DNA of 64,000 nucleotides, taken from positions 64,001 to 128,000 of the forward strand of contig JBHLLP010000002.1 of the NCBI GenBank assembly GCA_048885525.1, in the 5' to 3' direction. The position numbers and the translations under genes were made by a program. The stretch's first letter is position 1, and every line of letters begins with the position of its first letter. The notes under the pieces were generated by a model that ran no database searches, was not told the origin of the DNA, and saw nothing but the letters and a program-made list of their open reading frames with translations. Positions 1 to 9,882 of this stretch are shown here, piece after piece. This DNA is from Candidatus Hermodarchaeota archaeon (lineage in GTDB: Archaea; Asgardarchaeota; Lokiarchaeia; Sigyniarchaeales; SOKP01).

Positions 1-1
1 T

Positions 2-205
2 TCTCTTCCTCTAATTCCTTTTTTCTTTGGAGCATATCTGAATGTGTATCATTTTATATTTTCTTATGTTATTCTAGCTGGTTTGCTTGTATATTTAGGT
101 GTATTTTTAGGGCAAATTTCAGGAGGAGGTCGTATAAGATATGCATTACATTTGATAACAGCAGGTATAGTAACTTTAATCGTTTCGATACTGCTTGGTC
201 TCTAA
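2..205 (+). CDS. VIT1/CCC1 family membrane protein, C-terminal part (5' truncated by window)
   Basis: Hand translation SLPLIPFFFG...LGVFLGQISGG...LLGL* parallels the C-terminus of the next ORF (LIPLIPFL...LGIFLGIVS). Confidence 0.75.
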   Translation, partial: SLPLIPFFFGAYLNVYHFIFSYVILAGLLVYLGVFLGQISGGGRIRYALHLITAGIVTLIVSILLGL

Positions 206-302
206 TATTATAAGGTGTATTATAAAATCAATCAAATTATTAAAAGATGAATAGAATTAAGGAGGATATCTATTCTAAATAGATTTTTAAATATTAAATA
301 AG

Positions 303-1016
303 ATGTTAGAAAAAGTCAAAACATACGCAAAAATAACACACTTATGGGGAATAGCTCGACGTTATTTTGTTAATAACTTCTATGATGGAATGCTAACAGT
401 TTTAGGAGTCCTTTTGGGTTTTTTTGTTTTGGTCCTTAAAGAAAATCAACCATTAATCGACAGTCATCTTGTCATTTTAACAGGTTTAGGAAGTTGTATA
501 TCTATGTTTATGTCAGGTCTAACTGGATCATATCTTTCAGAGAAAGCTGAACAAAAAAAAATAAAAGAGGAATTAAAAAAAGCAATGGTAATAGTTTCAA
601 GCGAAGAAGAGGAACAGATTAAAGAAGATTCTGTTGAAATAAAAGAAATTGAGAAGGCAATGTTGATTAAAATAAATCATGATATCAATCCAAAGATAAA
701 AATCAGATTGAGAAAAAGGATAAAAAAAAATAGAACTCTTCAAGAAAAAGCAGAGAGTTTTGCTAGTATTGTTGTTTCTTGTGTAAATGGTGGTTCACCT
801 TTTTTAGGAGGTTTAATACCTCTAATTCCTTTTTTGTGCGTACCATCGGCTAATTTTGCAATCTTTATTATCTCATTTCTTTTAATTCTTGTTTGTATTA
901 TATTACTTGGTATCTTTTTAGGTATAGTTTCAAAAGAGTCCATTATCAAAAATATATTTCAGATGACTTTTGCCTTCTTTATTACTCTTTTAATTTCCAT
1001 CTTTCTATTACGTTAA
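303..1016 (+). CDS. VIT1/CCC1 family transporter-like membrane protein
   Basis: RRYFVNNFYDG N-terminus, SGLTGSYLSEKAE motif, GGLIPLIPF, five TM segments with a charged cytoplasmic insert. Confidence 0.8.
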   Translation: MLEKVKTYAKITHLWGIARRYFVNNFYDGMLTVLGVLLGFFVLVLKENQPLIDSHLVILTGLGSCISMFMSGLTGSYLSEKAEQKKIKEELKKAMVIVSSEEEEQIKEDSVEIKEIEKAMLIKINHDINPKIKIRLRKRIKKNRTLQEKAESFASIVVSCVNGGSPFLGGLIPLIPFLCVPSANFAIFIISFLLILVCIILLGIFLGIVSKESIIKNIFQMTFAFFITLLISIFLLR

Positions 1017-1091
1017 ATTATTATCACAAATTTTAATTTTTGAGATTCATTTTACATTTTAACAAGATCATTTATAAAAGGACTGCGAAAA

Positions 1092-1883
1092 TTGAAAGCT
1101 GTGGGAGTAGATATTGGATCGTTAGAAACAAAAGTAGTATTACTTGATGATAAGAATATCGTGGATTATCGTATAGGACGTTCTACTTTTGATTTTAAAC
1201 GTGTTGGTAATAATTTATTCAATGATCTTTTAGAGCAAAATAATCTAAAAAAGAATGATGTTTATGTTATGAGTACTGGGTATGGTAGGAATACTGTATC
1301 TTTTGCTGATGATCGTATTACAGAGATTACAGCTCATGCGCGTGGAGTACAATATTTTTTCCCAGAAGCACATTCTGTTATAGATATAGGAGGCCAAGAT
1401 AGTAAAGCAATTGTAATATCAAAGAAAACAGGAAGTGTTATTGACTTCCAGATGAACGATAAATGCGCTGCTGGAACCGGTCGCTTTATTGAAGTGATGG
1501 CTGGAGCACTTGAGGTTCCCATTCAGGATATCGGGGAGTTAGCACTAAGATCTAATAATCCAGCATCTATTAGTTCTACATGTACTGTATTTGCTGAGTC
1601 TGAAGTTATATCTCTTTTTGCCAAGGGAACAAAAAAAGAAGATATAGCTGCGGGAATTCATAAATCAATTGCAAGGCGGGTTGCAGGAATGGCTAAAAGG
1701 ATAGGAGTTGCACCAGTTTTAGTCTTTTGTGGTGGAGTTGCTAAAAATGTTGGAGTTAAAAAATTTTTAGAACAAGAGTTAGGATTTGAAATAGTAATAC
1801 CAGAGTTTAATGGAAAAAGTAGTGCTCAACTTACAGGAGCAATTGGAGCTGCATTAATTGCTCAAGATCAAAATCACAGCTAA
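1092..1883 (+). CDS. ATP-dependent 2-hydroxyacyl-CoA dehydratase activator (HgdC/BcrAD-BadFG ASKHA ATPase)
   Basis: GVDIGS, TGYGR, DIGGQDSK, MNDKCAAGTGRF, SSTCTVFAESE, GGVA motifs; TTG start. Confidence 0.93.
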   Translation: MKAVGVDIGSLETKVVLLDDKNIVDYRIGRSTFDFKRVGNNLFNDLLEQNNLKKNDVYVMSTGYGRNTVSFADDRITEITAHARGVQYFFPEAHSVIDIGGQDSKAIVISKKTGSVIDFQMNDKCAAGTGRFIEVMAGALEVPIQDIGELALRSNNPASISSTCTVFAESEVISLFAKGTKKEDIAAGIHKSIARRVAGMAKRIGVAPVLVFCGGVAKNVGVKKFLEQELGFEIVIPEFNGKSSAQLTGAIGAALIAQDQNHS

Positions 1884-1991
1884 GTTCTTTTACTATTTTT
1901 TTTTGAAATTTTAGGTTTTGGATAATTATAATAAATTTTATGTATAAATAACTCCTTTTTGATTAATAATTCATAGTTGTAAAAAATTATA

Positions 1992-3128
1992 ATGGAAAAT
2001 ATAGAGCTTTTATCAGAATTCACGACATTTTTAAGAGAAAAAAAAGAAGAAGGAAAAAAGATTGTTGCATTTATTTCTCATGACAATATCCCTGAAGAAT
2101 TAATTGATGCTGCTGGTTTTTTCCCTTTAAGACTAATTTTTGCTGGAAATGATGATTTAATGCAAGCAAGCCATGATTACTTACCACCTTCTACTTGTGC
2201 ATTTATTCAGTCTTGTATTGGATTGTTTTCAATGAAGCCTAGTCAATATACGTTTTTAAATTTAATTGATTTCTTCATTGTTTCAAACCATTGTGTTTCT
2301 GATATTTGTGCCTCTGAAATAATTTCCAAATATTTTAATATTCCCCGTTTAAATTTTTATATTTCATATACTAAGAAAGATAATAGTTTGAAATATTTCA
2401 AACTGGAATTAATCGAATTGAAAAAACAATTAGAAAACATTATTGGCTATAAAATAGAAGATGAGGTTTTTAAAAAGAGTATTAAAAAGTATAATTCTTA
2501 TAAAAAAAAACTGTTAGAGTTTAATCTTTTAAATATTAGGGGATCAGAAAAACTAAAAATAATTCAAAGAGCGATGCTTTTTGGACCTTCATTTCTTCCT
2601 AAATTAGAATTATATATCCAAAAATACAAGGATAATCAAATTCTAAATTCTAATGGTCTAAAAGACATTTTATTAACTGGTGGTTCTATTTTTATAGATG
2701 ATCATCTGATTAATTTAATTGAAGAAGGAGGAGGAAATATTGTTTATTTGGATACTTGGATTGGAAATAATTATTATTCTCAAATATTCGGAGATGATGT
2801 CTTGGGTTCAATAGAGAATCCATATGATTTATTAGTTCAGCGATTTAAAAATAATATTTTTGGAGATCATTCTGTGCCAAACTTCTTAGAAAATAAAATC
2901 TCACAAATCGAGCAAATTTATTTAGCCCATAAAAGAAAGACTGGTAAAAAATTAGGTATTATAAATCACATAATTAAATTCTGTGATCATATTTCTCTTA
3001 TGTCAACACATTTGAAAAATCAATTACAAGAAAAAGGGATTCAAGTTTTAAATTTAGAGAGAGATTATTCTAGAGCAATTCGGGGTCAACTTAATACTAG
3101 GATAGAAGCATTTTTGGAGATGATTTAA
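1992..3128 (+). CDS. 2-hydroxyacyl-CoA dehydratase family subunit (HgdB/FldC-like)
   Basis: PEELIDAAGFFP, STC, NHC, KFCD, C-terminal GQLNTRIEAFLEMI. Confidence 0.88.
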   Translation: MENIELLSEFTTFLREKKEEGKKIVAFISHDNIPEELIDAAGFFPLRLIFAGNDDLMQASHDYLPPSTCAFIQSCIGLFSMKPSQYTFLNLIDFFIVSNHCVSDICASEIISKYFNIPRLNFYISYTKKDNSLKYFKLELIELKKQLENIIGYKIEDEVFKKSIKKYNSYKKKLLEFNLLNIRGSEKLKIIQRAMLFGPSFLPKLELYIQKYKDNQILNSNGLKDILLTGGSIFIDDHLINLIEEGGGNIVYLDTWIGNNYYSQIFGDDVLGSIENPYDLLVQRFKNNIFGDHSVPNFLENKISQIEQIYLAHKRKTGKKLGIINHIIKFCDHISLMSTHLKNQLQEKGIQVLNLERDYSRAIRGQLNTRIEAFLEMI

Positions 3129-3131
3129 AAA

Positions 3132-4490
3132 ATGAGTCTTATAGCTGATGAGATTGTTCGGTTTAGTTCTGTTCTTAGAATCTCTTATAATCTTTTAACA
3201 GGGCGAGATTATTTAAAAAGAAAGAAATTTCGAGAAAAAAAGAAACTAATTTCAATCGCATTACCTTTTTCTGACTTAGTTTATGGCTTTCCTGACTTAG
3301 TGCCTGTATTTCCAATTAGAATGCATAAATTTGAAATGCATAGATATTTAACATATTTAGGTTCTGCATCAAATATTTTTGGCTGGAAAAATGTGTCAAA
3401 TTTTTTAGGATTTATAAAAAATCTTGGTATTGGAGATTTTAATAAAATTATAGATGAAATCATTGAAAATGTAATAGATACAGTGAATGATAAGTACAAT
3501 GAGATGTATGACCTTGGAATAGAAAGTGGAGTTCCGACTGATTTTTGTTATGGAATAAAATCTCTCTATGGAATGCATATGAGTAAAGGTAAAAATGTAG
3601 AAGCTACATTAAATTATACTATTCGATGTAGTGCTTGGAATAAATACTTAGAATCATTGAAAACCGTTCAGAATCCAGCAAGACAGATTTGGATTGATGT
3701 CCCACCAAGAAACATCGGGAATGCGTTAGAATTGCTAACAGATAATCTTTATGATGCTGTTAGAGAATTAGAAAAAGTAAGTGGAAATAGCTATGATAAA
3801 TATATTCTTCGAAATCATTTTCAAGTTGCTAATGATATAAGAAAATATTATAAAACTATTCTTTATGAAATAAGTTTATCTGAATTTTATCCATGTAATC
3901 CTGCTACGTTTAGTGAAATATTAGTGATACTAAACAATAGTTTTCAAGACTATAATTCTAATGCAACTCGATATCGGGACAATATGGCATCATTAGTAAA
4001 TGAAATGAAAGAAAGAATCAAAAATAAAATTGGTATAGATGTCAGTAATATGCCCCGAATATTAATTACTCCTATGTTTGGTGGGTGGGAACCAAAAAGT
4101 CATGAAATAATATATGAGTTAGGAGGTCGAGCTTTATATGCTGATTGGGATATGTTATTACTTTTAGAAGATATTCCTATTACTAAAATATCTGATCCTG
4201 TTGAAGCTTATGCTCATTATTTAATGAATGCAACTGTAAATGGGATAGGATGTGATAATGATGCTCTATCGGATTCTTATATGAGGTTGGCAAAAAATTT
4301 AAATGCTGATGGTCTTGTCTTTATTCAACTTTTTGGTTGCCATTCAATATCCAATTGTTTCACAATGTTAAAGGAAAAAATTCGTCAAGAACTAGAAATT
4401 CCGTGTATCGCTCTAAATTTTAATAAAATTGGTGAGAATGTGGAACAGGTTAAAACTCGTTTAGGAGCTTTTATGGAAATGTTTAATTAA
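3132..4490 (+). CDS. 2-hydroxyacyl-CoA dehydratase family subunit (divergent, Cys-rich)
   Basis: WIDVPP, PRILIT, ADGLVFIQLFGCH, EQVKTRLGAFMEMF; adjacent to activator and partner subunit. Confidence 0.8.
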   Translation: MSLIADEIVRFSSVLRISYNLLTGRDYLKRKKFREKKKLISIALPFSDLVYGFPDLVPVFPIRMHKFEMHRYLTYLGSASNIFGWKNVSNFLGFIKNLGIGDFNKIIDEIIENVIDTVNDKYNEMYDLGIESGVPTDFCYGIKSLYGMHMSKGKNVEATLNYTIRCSAWNKYLESLKTVQNPARQIWIDVPPRNIGNALELLTDNLYDAVRELEKVSGNSYDKYILRNHFQVANDIRKYYKTILYEISLSEFYPCNPATFSEILVILNNSFQDYNSNATRYRDNMASLVNEMKERIKNKIGIDVSNMPRILITPMFGGWEPKSHEIIYELGGRALYADWDMLLLLEDIPITKISDPVEAYAHYLMNATVNGIGCDNDALSDSYMRLAKNLNADGLVFIQLFGCHSISNCFTMLKEKIRQELEIPCIALNFNKIGENVEQVKTRLGAFMEMFN

Positions 4491-4580
4491 TCTTATAAAA
4501 AAGGAAGGTTTAATATTTTGTTAATAATGATTTCTTTTGATAAAAATAAAGAATAATTACACCTCTGGGGGTTAGATTTT

Positions 4581-6044
4581 GTGTTATTCCATGATAAAGT
4601 TAAAGAATTGGATTCAGATTCATATAAAGACTATTACGTTCTTTGCGGGATTGAAGAGGAATTCCTCATAATTAATAAAAATGGAAGATTAGCAAAAGTA
4701 GCAGATGATATAATGGTGAAATCTGCTGAAATTCTTGAAAAAGATCAAAATTTTCTGAATTCACTTCAAGTAAAAATACGAGGACTTGATGCTGAACCTT
4801 CACCTTCGCAAATAGAATATGTTACTTTACCTTTACCTCCTACTTCCTTGGAACAAGCTGTAAAAGAAGGAAGGAAATTACTAACTGAAGCTGCAAAACA
4901 GCTTGGTGTTAAAATACTTGCACAAAGCCTTCATCCCATACAGAGTGATCCTAATCCAATTTCTGGAACTCATATTAATGTTTCTGTTCAAAAAAAAGGG
5001 AGCTTAATGACTCCTGAAGATATGAAAATAGTATATAATTACTTGTGGGATTATCTTCCAGAAATAATTGGAATTTCAGCAAATTCATATGTTTATAGAG
5101 GAAGTTGGAATAACATAGCTAGTAACCGATGTGCCAATAGTTCTGTCCTTAAATCAAATGGATTTGCATTGATACAGATTCCTGAAAATCGACCTGCTCT
5201 GATTCCTATGCGTTATTATGGTCGAATGAGATATAAACTTAAAATAGGATTTGAAGAAGATGAGTTTTCCAAAAAGGTTATTACTAATAATCGTGGAGAT
5301 CGTTTAGTAGATATAACACCAAGAGGTCCTTTTACAAACATCAGTGATGATAACGATGAATTACCCTCAAGAAATCGGATAGAAATTCGTATAATTGACG
5401 TACAATATAATAATGAGGATTTACTTGATTTAGCGTATCTATGTTGTGCTTCTGCACTTCATGCGATCCATCTCCAATCAACAGGAGAAATTATTCAAGA
5501 CCCATATCATACTAAGAATTTAGAAAATGCTATCGCAAATGGAACTAAAGCTATTTTTAAAAGACCAAACGGAGTAAGTGAAGCCTTAGAAGATAGCATA
5601 ACAAGATGGATAGATGAAACTAGGATTTACCAAGATTCATTAAACATCAAAATTAAAAACCTACCCGATACAAAAATTAAAACGGATCAATCTCAAAAAG
5701 AGCTTAATATTGAATATCAAACGAGAAAAATTGAAAAGCTAAGACAGCAAGGCAGAAATTATGTCGTTATGGAATTAGTAGAACCGAGAATTGTGACTGA
5801 TAGGAGAGGAAATCGCTATAAAATTACTGCTGGCACCCAAGTTCGAGGTAATTTAGAAGCAAATTATAGTTTTTCTTATGACGATATTGATGGAATGGTG
5901 ACTAACTTCAACGGGATACGAGTTGTTAATAATCTTGTGGTCCAAAATCTTAAAATACCAATATTAGAAAGTGATCGTGTTTTAAGAGGACAATCTGAAT
6001 CAGAATCCTTATTAGATAGATTGTTTGGTGACTTTTTCTTCTAA
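4581..6044 (+). CDS. Glutamate-cysteine ligase family 2 (GCS2)-like carboxylate-amine ligase with C-terminal extension
   Basis: GIEEEFLII, QIEYVT, HP, SGTHINVS, ISANS, DITPR, RIEIRIID motifs. Confidence 0.85.
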   Translation: MLFHDKVKELDSDSYKDYYVLCGIEEEFLIINKNGRLAKVADDIMVKSAEILEKDQNFLNSLQVKIRGLDAEPSPSQIEYVTLPLPPTSLEQAVKEGRKLLTEAAKQLGVKILAQSLHPIQSDPNPISGTHINVSVQKKGSLMTPEDMKIVYNYLWDYLPEIIGISANSYVYRGSWNNIASNRCANSSVLKSNGFALIQIPENRPALIPMRYYGRMRYKLKIGFEEDEFSKKVITNNRGDRLVDITPRGPFTNISDDNDELPSRNRIEIRIIDVQYNNEDLLDLAYLCCASALHAIHLQSTGEIIQDPYHTKNLENAIANGTKAIFKRPNGVSEALEDSITRWIDETRIYQDSLNIKIKNLPDTKIKTDQSQKELNIEYQTRKIEKLRQQGRNYVVMELVEPRIVTDRRGNRYKITAGTQVRGNLEANYSFSYDDIDGMVTNFNGIRVVNNLVVQNLKIPILESDRVLRGQSESESLLDRLFGDFFF

Positions 6045-6071
6045 ATAAAAATTAAGCAAATTACTAAGAAT

Positions 6072-6437
6072 ATGAATCAAAAAAATAATACTTGTTATAA
6101 ATGTGATAAACTCTTCGTTTATGGTACATTACAACATGGTCAAAGCAGAAATTATATACTGGGAGGTTTAAAATTTAAAAAAGCTATTCTATTAAATTAT
6201 AGAAAAGTGGAACCCCCATCCTTGGGGTTTCCATTTATCGTTAATGAAGTTAATAGTAATGTTGAAGGTGAGGTATATTATGGTGTTGGACAATCTCTTA
6301 TTAATCAAATCGATATGATTGAAGGAGAAGGGAAATTATACCATAGAATCTTAGTTAAAGTACAATTGCAAGATGGAAGTGAAACAGATGCTTATACATA
6401 TTACCCCTCTGAGATTTTAATTAAAAATTATACATAA
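6072..6437 (+). CDS. Gamma-glutamylcyclotransferase (AIG2/GGACT-like)
   Basis: LFVYGTLQHG, VEGEVY, IDMIEG, YHRILV, AYTY. Confidence 0.9.
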   Translation: MNQKNNTCYKCDKLFVYGTLQHGQSRNYILGGLKFKKAILLNYRKVEPPSLGFPFIVNEVNSNVEGEVYYGVGQSLINQIDMIEGEGKLYHRILVKVQLQDGSETDAYTYYPSEILIKNYT

Positions 6438-6454
6438 TTCATTGGAAGATTTTA

Positions 6455-7198
6455 ATGAGTGAAGAAAATTCTTTGGAAAATGAAAAAATAAATCAAATTC
6501 TTCTTATAGATAATTATTCTCGAGGTTTGCCAACAGATAGAATAACTAGAATAGAAACAATTATAAATAACTGCATAGCTGAAGTAGAGTTAAAAACGAT
6601 TCACTTTACTCAATTTAAAGCTGAAATTGTAGAAAATTATATTGGGGTTATACTCTCTGGATCTGAATTGAATGTCTCTAGTTTTTATTATGACGAAAGA
6701 ATAAAAAAGAAATTCAAAGCTCAATTGGCTTTAATTCAAAAAATAAATCAAATTCCAATTCTTGCATTATGTTTTGGATTTCATTTGGTTGCATATGCGT
6801 ATGGGGCTCAAATAAGTAGGATGAGGCTCCTAGGACTAGGAGGAAGAATTATTTTTATTTTATTGAAAGAAACAGATGAACTTATAACACAGAAAAACAT
6901 ACCAGTTAATGTTCATCACCTTGATTTCGTGTCTCCAAATGATTGTAAAATCCAAAAAAATTTTAATATTATCAGTGAATCCCGAACAATGGGCTATAAA
7001 ATGGTTCAGTATATGAAGCATTGTGATAAACCAATATTTGCAGTTCAATTTCATCCAGAAACTCATAATCCTTATTATTTTAATCCAGGTTTATTTGATG
7101 AGAGAATCGCAGAAAAAACAAGGATGACGGGAGAAAAAATCATTGAAAACTTCATATGGATGTGTTCTTACCAAAAAAAAAATAAATTTAGTAAGTAA
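6455..7198 (+). CDS. Class I glutamine amidotransferase-like protein (possible gamma-glutamyl hydrolase)
   Basis: LLIDNY, GVILSGS, PILALCFGFH (catalytic Cys), VQFHPE (His-Glu). Confidence 0.88.
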   Translation: MSEENSLENEKINQILLIDNYSRGLPTDRITRIETIINNCIAEVELKTIHFTQFKAEIVENYIGVILSGSELNVSSFYYDERIKKKFKAQLALIQKINQIPILALCFGFHLVAYAYGAQISRMRLLGLGGRIIFILLKETDELITQKNIPVNVHHLDFVSPNDCKIQKNFNIISESRTMGYKMVQYMKHCDKPIFAVQFHPETHNPYYFNPGLFDERIAEKTRMTGEKIIENFIWMCSYQKKNKFSK

Positions 7199-7209
7199 AA
7201 AAGCAAAAA

Positions 7210-8718
7210 TCATGAAGTTCTTTTCATATTTTTTTCTTTTTTAGAAGATCTTTTCGACTGCCACGGATAAGTTGATAAAGCAGCTATTATAGGTTCTTTA
7301 GATTTTCTTATCCGGAATAAAAATGTCATTGATTTTCTTATTTCTAATAAAAATTCATTTCTAATAATTTTATTATTGACTTCTCCTTTTTCTTTTACTA
7401 ATGCTAATCTATGTAGGGCAAATATACCTAATATAAGTGCGATTATAAAGAAAAAATCCATTCCTTGTAAATTTAATATTTGGATTGATCCACTATTATT
7501 TGGAGAGTTCCAATTAAGCGTCCAATAAAATTCAGAAAGTTCAAAATAATTAGCACATAAACCACCGATTATGGGAGCAATTCCTAGGGGAATAGAAGTG
7601 AATAAAGTCGTAACCGCAAGATACCAATTAGCTTTTCCTTTTGGAGCTAATTTTAAACTAATATTACTTAATGCGAGGGTAGTTCCTGCTAATGAAATTC
7701 CAGTAAAAATATGGATCAAAATCAATAGTGGCATTGTGAACCAGTAAAATCCCGGTAATGATGTAAAAACCCAAGCTAGTATACAAAAAAGAAATAAAGG
7801 ACAAGAGACATTTAATACAGATTTATTACTAAATCTATCAGAAAGATGACCCCATAATTGTAAGAAAATAAGATTTACAATTTGACTTATCGCTATGAGA
7901 CAGATTACTAATGTTAAGCTTAAATGTAATTTTTCAAGCATATAAACAGTAAAGAATGGTACCGTAAATCCAATGGTAAAATACCACAGAAATAAAAACT
8001 TTAGTAAATTTTTATAATTTTTGTCTCTATAAGGTTCAGAAATTAATTGGGGGAGTTTTGGTTTCATTTCCAGCATTATCATTGTAGGTTCTGAAATTTT
8101 TGATATATAATAGACACTAATCATTCCAAAAGCAAATCCTAAAAAATAAAGAATTGAATAACCTAAATCTTGAATATGTGTGAAACTAAATCTCCATATA
8201 TCTATAAATATTCCAGCAAATAAAGTAGTTATTAATCCCATAACTGTGGATAATAATATCCTTCTTGAATAGAATTTTCCAAGTATTTTTTGTGGTATGA
8301 GATCATGCATCCAAAAATTCCAAGCGGTATGACCAATTGAAGCGAAAATGGATTGCAATGTTAAAAAAAGTACTAAAAAAATTAAACTTAATTCAAATGT
8401 GAAAAGAAAAGGAATTAATCCTATAGCTAATATACATAATCTATACAAAATTAGACTATAGACTGTAATCACACGCCTATTACGTAATTTTTCGATAATA
8501 AAAATAGTTGGAATCTGAAAAAAATTACATAATGTTGGAATCGCTCCCAAGAGTCCTATTATAAGCAAGTTTGCCCCAAACCTTAAAGCAAAAGAAATTA
8601 AAATTGGACCAGCAGTTAGATTCACCATAATCTGAGAGATATATCCATCTTTAGTCACATTTTTTAGAGAAATTTCAATGTCATTTTCATTTAGAGTTTC
8701 TTGAGTTGGAAATATCAT
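7210..8718 (-). CDS. MFS transporter
   Basis: About 12 TM segments; WGHLSDRFSNK motif A in the second half; GKFYSRR. Confidence 0.85.
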   Translation of the reverse strand: MIFPTQETLNENDIEISLKNVTKDGYISQIMVNLTAGPILISFALRFGANLLIIGLLGAIPTLCNFFQIPTIFIIEKLRNRRVITVYSLILYRLCILAIGLIPFLFTFELSLIFLVLFLTLQSIFASIGHTAWNFWMHDLIPQKILGKFYSRRILLSTVMGLITTLFAGIFIDIWRFSFTHIQDLGYSILYFLGFAFGMISVYYISKISEPTMIMLEMKPKLPQLISEPYRDKNYKNLLKFLFLWYFTIGFTVPFFTVYMLEKLHLSLTLVICLIAISQIVNLIFLQLWGHLSDRFSNKSVLNVSCPLFLFCILAWVFTSLPGFYWFTMPLLILIHIFTGISLAGTTLALSNISLKLAPKGKANWYLAVTTLFTSIPLGIAPIIGGLCANYFELSEFYWTLNWNSPNNSGSIQILNLQGMDFFFIIALILGIFALHRLALVKEKGEVNNKIIRNEFLLEIRKSMTFLFRIRKSKEPIIAALSTYPWQSKRSSKKEKNMKRTS

Positions 8719-8778
8719 AGTATAAATTTCTACAGGTATTTTTAGAAGGTTAGATCTATTATAATTATAAATGGTTAA

Positions 8779-9882
8779 TTAATTGATGGGAATTTTTTCT
8801 TTTGCTCCAAACTCCATTAACTCTTCAGTAATAATTCGTTTTTTAATAAAATCTTTTAAATCTAATCCAATTATTGTTCTTCCATCATTTCTAAAATTTT
8901 TTCCACATAATATGGATGAAAGATTAATTACAGAATCTATAATTGGTGTTTTAACACCTAAAAACTTAGCTAAAGATGAAATTGGGACCAAACCAGTTGG
9001 TATATCCTCTGTGAAATATCTTGTAATTAATTGCTTTGGCGAGTTTATATTTTTATAAGCATCTATATTTTGAATTGCGTCATATATGCATTTTTTTTTA
9101 ACACCATAGGATTTATGTGCCCAATTGCAAAATCTGATATGATTAAATCCTAAGATTTCAAAAATTTTATTCATTTCAATTTGAATATTTTCAAGGACCT
9201 CACAAATTCGAGTAGTTGCCCCCTCAGCATAAAATTTGAAACTTATTCCAGAATCCATGATACCTGCATTTAAAAGTGAAATTGTTGGATGCAATAACAT
9301 TCCAATATTAGTTAATGTCATTTCAAGATAATCTCTTACTGGATTTAACTGAGGAAATATATCTTTTAGTGTATCATACACAAAAAAAGTGTGTTTTTCC
9401 GGAAAAGCGGCAAAGTCGACAGAATCTTTGATCTTAAGAATTTTTACTCCATTCTTTTTTAGTTGCCTTGAAGTAAAAATCAGTGTTTGAGCTTCAGCAA
9501 TAAAAATGGGAAAAGAAATACCTTTCTTTTCAACTGTTCGTCTAAATTCAACGGCACCAAATGTTCTTCCAGGATTTAATATTATAATTTGATCTGGAGA
9601 GAGAAATTTTATAATTTTTTCAGCAATATCTCTATGTGCTGACGCAGGGATCACTATTAATATGATATCAACATCTCTTAATGCTAATTCTAAATTTTGT
9701 GTAGCTAAGTTAATTGGAAAAAAACCTTTTATTGCTCCAGATGCTTTTATTCCTCCTTTCTTTTTTATATCTACAATTCTTGAAAGTGAACGATTATATA
9801 GATTTACAGAATGTCCTTTCGAAGATAAATATGCTCCAAACGCACGACCACCGTTTCCAGCCCCTACAACACAAAACTTCAC
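8779..9882 (-). CDS. NAD(P)-dependent opine (octopine/nopaline) dehydrogenase family protein
   Basis: GAGNGG Rossmann motif, LNPGRTFGA, NIGMLLHP, FYAEG, RYFTEDIPTGLVP; GTG start overlaps the upstream stop. Confidence 0.9.
   Translation of the reverse strand: MKFCVVGAGNGGRAFGAYLSSKGHSVNLYNRSLSRIVDIKKKGGIKASGAIKGFFPINLATQNLELALRDVDIILIVIPASAHRDIAEKIIKFLSPDQIIILNPGRTFGAVEFRRTVEKKGISFPIFIAEAQTLIFTSRQLKKNGVKILKIKDSVDFAAFPEKHTFFVYDTLKDIFPQLNPVRDYLEMTLTNIGMLLHPTISLLNAGIMDSGISFKFYAEGATTRICEVLENIQIEMNKIFEILGFNHIRFCNWAHKSYGVKKKCIYDAIQNIDAYKNINSPKQLITRYFTEDIPTGLVPISSLAKFLGVKTPIIDSVINLSSILCGKNFRNDGRTIIGLDLKDFIKKRIITEELMEFGAKEKIPIN

Noticed and set aside
6455-7198. GMP synthase subunit A or TrpG/PabA assignment
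   Set aside because: No cognate synthase subunit nearby and the motifs are divergent; left as a generic class I amidotransferase
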